A DNA stretch of 64,000 bases from a bacterium (GTDB lineage: Bacteria > UBP6 > UBA1177). The notes below the pieces were generated by a model. It did no database searches. It was not told where the DNA came from and worked only from the letters and a program-made list of their open reading frames with translations. Shown piece after piece: positions 59,933 through 64,000 of the stretch. Each line of letters opens with the position of its first letter. Position 1 is the stretch's first letter. The translations under genes and the position numbers were made by a program. Location of the stretch: the NCBI GenBank assembly GCA_017538365.1, contig JAFYIZ010000012.1, positions 60,920-124,919 of the forward strand, given 5' to 3'.

Positions 59933-60661
59933 TTGTTCCTTTCGCTTGGTTTTACACATCATATGATAATTATTCGAAAAGCCAAAACGCTGTCTGAGCG
60001 GATTTTTTACATACGGCAGGCGCTGGAAAACAAATGGAATAAAGATATTCTTGCAGAACAAATAGATGCAGATCTTTTTAATCAAACAGGTGCTCTTCCC
60101 AACAATTTCGCGAAAACGATTCCGAAAGCTGTATCGGCTGTTAGGGCTCTCGAGATGTTTAAAGATGAATATCTCCTTGATTTTATAAATGTTGAGGAAA
60201 TCGGAGAACGCGACAAGGAAGATATTGACGAGCGAGAGGTCGAGAAGACGATAATTCACAATGTGAAGAATTTTATTATGACTTTCGGTCATGACTTTAC
60301 ATTCGTCGGGAATCAGTATCATCTAGAAAAATTCGGACATACAGCTTATCCCGATTTGCTTTTTTATAACAGAGAACTTGCAGCACTGGTTGCTGTTGAA
60401 TTGAAGCGCGGTGAATTTAAACCTGCATATTTAGGGCAGTTGAGTGCCTATTTGCGTATCCTTGACAATGAAGTGAAGAAGCCTTTTGAAAATCCGAGCA
60501 TCGGAATCGTGCTTTGCAAAAAAGCAGATAAGAATTTTGTCGAATTTCTTATTCAGGGATACGACAATCCGATGGGGGTAGCCACCTATAAAACAGCAGA
60601 AGATGTGCGGAAAGTGCTACCGTCAGAAAATGATCTGCTTAGAGTCATGGATGAAAAATAG
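59933..60661 (+). pseudogene. DUF1016/YhcG-family PDDEXK nuclease, apparently N-terminally truncated (C-terminal about 240 aa only)
   Basis: C-terminal PDDEXK region …LVAVELKRGEFKPAYLGQLSAYLRILD… present. The family's N-terminal about 100 aa is absent. Repeat element A1 lies immediately upstream. Confidence 0.45.
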
Positions 60662-60733
60662 AAAGATTTCACAACCGCGCTTTGGGATTTTTTAGAAAAG
60701 CTTTTTGTTGAAAATATATTGAAAAATCAAGAT

Positions 60734-60749
60734 GTTGTTTTCTGAAACC
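60734..60749. repeat. Intergenic repeat B, copy 1 (gttgttttctgaaacc), followed by gagcgcgggtgactcgcc
   Basis: Shared with 62164-62179 and 63688-63703. Confidence 0.55.
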
Positions 60750-60847
60750 CTCTGGGAGCGCGGGTGACTCGCCAGCTCGTCATTCTGAGCTTTAGCGTTG
60801 AATCTCTGTTTCCGGTTGCTGAGCTAAATATTTTCGATTTCCAAGAT

Positions 60848-60881
60848 GCAATTTTTGCACCTCGATCCAGGTGAAAGGTGT
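60848..60881. repeat. Intergenic repeat C, copy 1 (gcaatttttgcacctcgatccaggtgaaaggtgt)
   Basis: About 85% identical to 61995-62029. Confidence 0.6.
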
Positions 60882-60918
60882 GGACAGGTGCGATTCCGAA
60901 TGAAGTCGGGGCCTTTAA

Positions 60919-61740
60919 TCATTCCTTATTTTCAATCAAAAGTTTTCTGTTTTCTATATTTTCCAGAACTTCCATCTGCTGTATTGCAATTTGGTTCAGT
61001 CTTTCTAGGCGTTCCGGCTGCGGAAGTCCGTCATTTATGAATACTGCATTCAGGTTTTCCATGTTTGAAAGGCAGATAAGTTGGTTTATTGAGGCATAAT
61101 CTCGGATATTGCCTTTTAAATCAGGGTTCGAATCTCTCCATTCCTGAGCAGTCATGCCGAACATTGCCACATTAAGCAGATCAGCTTCGTCGGCATAAAC
61201 AAACGATTTTTGCCTGGCTGTAAGTTTCGGCGGAATAAGATTGTGGCTGACTGCGCTCGTATGAATGTGATAGTTTATCTTTGCCAACTCGCGTTTCGCA
61301 CTCCAACCTATTTGTTTCTGTTCATCTTCTTTCAAGCGTTGGAATTCTTTTATCAAATACAGCTCAAACTCCGGTGATACCCAACTGGCGAATTTAAAAG
61401 CTATATCTTTTTGAGCATAAGTGCCACCATTTACACCGTTTTTTGAGATAAGTCCTTTTGCATTTGTAATTTCAACCCAACGGCTTGGACTCATTGTAAA
61501 AGCGTTACTTCCGACTTCTTTTAAAAAGGGGTCGAATTCGACCCCTTTGAAATCCGGGTTGTTAAGCATTTCCCATAACCCCAGATATTCCAAAGTGTTT
61601 TTCGAACGCATCCAGTTCTTTATCACATCCTTAGGTTCAACAGGATTTTTCAGTCTGGCGATGTCCGTAATAGATAAATAATCATCGCCGTTAAATTTGA
61701 TAGTTTTAATGATGGTTTCTTTTACTGTAATTTTTGTCAT
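60919..61740 (-). CDS. KilA-N domain protein
   Basis: MTKITVKETIIKTIKFNGDDYLSITDIARLKN…NWMRSKNTLEYLGLWE matches the KilA-N / Bro-N-like DNA-binding domain. AGGAGG RBS before the ATG at 61740. Confidence 0.6.
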   Translation of the reverse strand: MTKITVKETIIKTIKFNGDDYLSITDIARLKNPVEPKDVIKNWMRSKNTLEYLGLWEMLNNPDFKGVEFDPFLKEVGSNAFTMSPSRWVEITNAKGLISKNGVNGGTYAQKDIAFKFASWVSPEFELYLIKEFQRLKEDEQKQIGWSAKRELAKINYHIHTSAVSHNLIPPKLTARQKSFVYADEADLLNVAMFGMTAQEWRDSNPDLKGNIRDYASINQLICLSNMENLNAVFINDGLPQPERLERLNQIAIQQMEVLENIENRKLLIENKE

Positions 61741-61994
61741 GCAGTCCTCCTCAAATAAAACAAAAATTTCAGAATATAACAATAACAAATTTAAGAAATA
61801 AAAGCAAGAATATTTGAACTACAATATTGAATAAAGTTTCAAATGCGTCTTAATTTTTAGAATAATAATAAAAATATTTTCTATTAATTGTAATCGGTCG
61901 CCAAATTCAGTTGAAGCAAACGCAGGCTTGCGAGCCTGACTCACGACAACATTTTCAATAATAAATTCAGCCAGTTTTCACTTGATTTTGAGGT

Positions 61995-62029
61995 GCAATT
62001 TTTTCAACCTCGATCCAGTTAAAAGGTGT
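61995..62029. repeat. Intergenic repeat C, copy 2 (gcaattttttcaacctcgatccagttaaaaggtgt), followed by gagcgcgggcggctcgcc
   Basis: The gagcgcggg.g.ctcgcc segment is also found after repeat B copy 1 (60756-60773). Confidence 0.6.
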
Positions 62030-62101
62030 AAAATGAGCGCGGGCGGCTCGCCTATCAGTCATCTTGAACGAATGTGAAAGATCTCAAAAATCATTCCCTC
62101 G

Positions 62102-62132
62102 AAATCCCGTTGCAGGTTGTTTCGGAAGAGTT
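62102..62132. repeat. Intergenic repeat A, copy 2 (aaatcccgttgcaggttgtttcggaagagtt)
   Basis: Near-identical to 59795-59824. Confidence 0.6.
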
Positions 62133-62163
62133 TTGTTTGAGGAAAATCTTGAGAAATCGAGCC

Positions 62164-62238
62164 CTTGTTTTCTGAAACCGTGAGCTGACAGGTGTTTCCA
62201 GACATATGTTTTTACTGCTGTTCTTAGCATGGTTTCAG
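62164..62238. repeat. Intergenic repeat B, copy 2, with an 8-bp terminal inverted repeat (ctgaaacc … ggtttcag) bounding about 68 bp
   Basis: cttgttttctgaaaccgtgagctgacaggtgtttcc…catggtttcag. Confidence 0.55.
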
Positions 62239-62274
62239 TTTTGTTTTTAAAATATTTATTTAATATAAAAAACA

Positions 62275-62299
62275 AAACTTGATTTTTTATCAAAATTAT
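62275..62299. promoter_or_regulatory. Palindromic motif aaaacTTGATtttttATCAAaatta upstream of the AAA/DUF4143 gene. Candidate operator/promoter element.
   Basis: Identical 25-mer at 63797-63821, upstream of the DUF1016 gene. Confidence 0.45.
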
Positions 62300-62482
62300 T
62301 GTTTTTATCTTGTGAAAATTTTTCTTTGTTGTTTGAAAATTATAAAAAAATGCGGTGGTGTAAGAAAAAATTGCAGCAGTATTACAAAAATTTCCAGATT
62401 TTGAAAAAATTCGCAATAGCATTGCAATTTTTTACCAAATGCGTTATTGTTTGAAATAAGTTCTTTCCCAAAGAGGTGAAAA

Positions 62483-63667
62483 ATGATAAAAAGAGAAAAA
62501 TATCTTAGTGAAATAAGAGGTTTTTATGACAGCGACCTCATAAAAATCATTACCGGAGTCCGCAGGTGCGGAAAGTCGGTCATACTCGAACAGATCATGG
62601 AAGAGGTGCGGCTGAAATCAGAAAACGTTGTTTATCTAGATTTTGACGACAGGGCTGTGACTTCTTCGATTGAAAGCTGGAAGGAGATCGTTGATTATGT
62701 GAACAGCCGCAGAAAAGAAGGTTTGTGCTATGTTTTTCTTGACGAAATTCAGGAAATAAACGACTGGGCTTTAGCCTGCAGATCGCTGAGACGGGAAAAC
62801 TGTTCCGTTTTTATCACCGGTTCAAATTCCAAACTTCTTTCAAAAGAGTTCACAAAAGAGCTTTCTGGCAGATATGTTGCATTCAGAATCCGTCCTTTTG
62901 TCTACAAAGAGCTGCTTGAATACGCGAAAGAACTCAAAAAAGATGTTTCGATCTCCGATTATCTTGTCTGGGGCGGCTTCCCGAAACGGCTCGAACTGAA
63001 CGGAACCGGCGAAATCAGAAGATATATCTCTGAACTTGACGAGACGATAGTGTCTAACGACATAATCAACCGCTACGGAATAAGAAAAAATGCGGAATTT
63101 AAGAAATTAGCGAACTTTATTTTGCGGTCAAATGCGCGGATTTATTCGGCAAAATCCATTTCTGACTATATGAAAAGCAACGGCATTCCGTGCACTCCGA
63201 ACACCATCGGAAAATGGATAGGCTATCTCTCCGAAGCGTATATAATCGACGAAATCCCCCGATATTCGAAAAAAGCGAAGAAAGAACTCGAACAAAGCAA
63301 GAAAATCTACAACAGCGATGTCGCTCTCAACTCAATACGATGCCTTGACAACCGCTTTGACATGACTCACAATCTGGAAAATGCCATCTACAACGAACTG
63401 GTTTTTATGGGGTATAATTTGTCAGTTTACGACAACAACGGCAGAGAAATCGATTTCATTGCTGAAAAAGATAACCAGAGATTTTACATTCAGGTAGCCT
63501 TCAGCATCGCGGAAGAAAAAGCTTACGAAAGAGAATTGACGGCTTTCAATTCACTGACTCAGCGCGACAGGAAAATAATCATTACGAATGACGACATCGA
63601 CTACTCCACAAGCAACATCGACCATATCAAACTTAAAGATTTCCTTATGATGGAAAGTTTGGGGTGA
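62483..63667 (+). CDS. AAA-superfamily ATPase with a DUF4143 C-terminal domain
   Basis: Walker A ITGVRRCGKSVILEQ. Walker B-like VFLDEIQEI. Family commonly found in mobile/accessory regions. Confidence 0.65.
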   Translation: MIKREKYLSEIRGFYDSDLIKIITGVRRCGKSVILEQIMEEVRLKSENVVYLDFDDRAVTSSIESWKEIVDYVNSRRKEGLCYVFLDEIQEINDWALACRSLRRENCSVFITGSNSKLLSKEFTKELSGRYVAFRIRPFVYKELLEYAKELKKDVSISDYLVWGGFPKRLELNGTGEIRRYISELDETIVSNDIINRYGIRKNAEFKKLANFILRSNARIYSAKSISDYMKSNGIPCTPNTIGKWIGYLSEAYIIDEIPRYSKKAKKELEQSKKIYNSDVALNSIRCLDNRFDMTHNLENAIYNELVFMGYNLSVYDNNGREIDFIAEKDNQRFYIQVAFSIAEEKAYERELTAFNSLTQRDRKIIITNDDIDYSTSNIDHIKLKDFLMMESLG

Positions 63668-63687
63668 TTTAATGTGAACCGCAAGAT

Positions 63688-63703
63688 CTTGTTTTGTGAA
63701 ACC
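63688..63703. repeat. Intergenic repeat B, copy 3 (cttgttttgtgaaacc)
   Basis: Shared with 60734 and 62164. Confidence 0.5.
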
Positions 63704-63796
63704 GTGCGCTAATCGGCGTTTCGGGCACAGTATTTTTTGTCTGTTTTAGATATTTTTTTAGATGTATTTTTGATAAATTTCTTAAAATGTAAAAAT

Positions 63797-63821
63797 AAAA
63801 CTTGATTTTTTATCAAAATTA
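63797..63821. promoter_or_regulatory. Second copy of the palindromic TTGATtttttATCAA motif upstream of the partial DUF1016 gene
   Basis: Identical to 62275-62299. Confidence 0.45.
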
Positions 63822-63867
63822 AGATGCGATAATTCGATAAAATTTCTTTTAAATTGGAGAAAAGAAG

Positions 63868-64000
63868 ATGGAAACAACGATGATCGCGATTGCAAATGCT
63901 GTGAAAACAATAAAATCAGCGATTTTGAAGAGCCAGAGTCAAGTCGCTTTGGACGGCAACAGAATCCAGCTTTCACTGTATTTCGGAATAGGAAAATATA
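63868..64000 (+). CDS. N-terminus of a second DUF1016/YhcG-family nuclease gene (runs off the window end)
   Basis: METTMIAIANAVKTIKSAILKSQSQVALDGNRIQLSLYFGIGKY resembles the YhcG N-terminal region. GGAGAAAAG RBS. Confidence 0.4.
   Translation, partial: METTMIAIANAVKTIKSAILKSQSQVALDGNRIQLSLYFGIGKY

Noticed and set aside
59795-63825. Possible CRISPR array or integron cassette array suggested by the repeated intergenic motifs
   Set aside because: Repeats are of several different types, irregularly spaced and in mosaic order. There is no constant repeat/spacer periodicity and no cas genes, so this is not CRISPR. Gene orientations are mixed and no intI or attC-like GTTRRRY cores were found, so this is not a classical integron.

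Overview
This 64-kb window appears to be a chromosomal segment of a Gram-negative bacterium. Nearly every gene has a clear AGGAGG-like Shine-Dalgarno sequence, which argues against Bacteroidia. The domain repertoire (DUF1566 lipoproteins, Myxococcus-type cysteine-rich repeats, a Y_Y_Y-propeller/AraC regulator, type IV pilins) suggests a Fibrobacterota-like or related lineage. That lineage call is uncertain.

Layout of the window:

1. 1-5.2 kb: housekeeping genes. An AMP-dependent acyl-CoA ligase (minus strand), an acidic lipoprotein, and a HAL/PAL-family ammonia-lyase carrying the ASG (MIO) motif.

2. 5.2-11.8 kb: an AT-rich, apparently acquired defence/modification island. It carries a translationally coupled pair resembling the three-Cys-motif partner protein (TcmP) and a phage Gp37/Gp68 (DUF5131) protein. 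Next comes a BcgI-like (Type IIB) restriction-modification system: a PD-(D/E)xK nuclease fused to an N6-adenine methyltransferase (NPPF motif), plus a specificity subunit with two target-recognition domains. A GIY-YIG/DUF4357 protein follows.

3. 11.8-14.0 kb: a flavodoxin and a methylmalonyl-CoA-mutase large-subunit homolog without an adjacent B12-binding subunit.

4. 14.2-41.4 kb: one long minus-strand operon-like gene string with gaps of 1-37 bp. It encodes four minor pilins (FimT/U-, PilV-, PilW-, PilX-like), a giant 2109-aa PilY1-like tip adhesin (vWA domain plus a C-terminal DGMLHAF beta-propeller), a secreted hypothetical protein, two major-pilin-like prepilins, and a DUF1566 lipoprotein. 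It ends with a 5089-aa secreted giant that combines TIGR02232-like CGDG..CDDGN repeats, a glycine-rich (ALK/Gly_rich-like) domain, eight tandem ~62-aa W/C repeats and a C-terminal LamG-like lectin domain.

5. 41.6-50.9 kb: a periplasmic beta-propeller sensor with an AraC-type HTH, divergently oriented to two more lipoproteins. One is 1726 aa with about 27 cysteine-rich repeats and two DUF1566 domains. The other is 433 aa with two DUF1566 domains.

6. 50.9-59.8 kb: Lgt, a MinD/ParA-like ATPase with a C-terminal HTH, an ankyrin protein, a double-FHA protein, a hypothetical protein, oligoendopeptidase F, and a GT51 transglycosylase-domain protein.

7. 59.8-64 kb: an AT-rich accessory segment with a mosaic family of short intergenic repeats. 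Genes here are a truncated and a partial DUF1016/YhcG PDDEXK nuclease, a KilA-N protein and an AAA/DUF4143 ATPase.

I recognise no rRNA, tRNA or CRISPR array.
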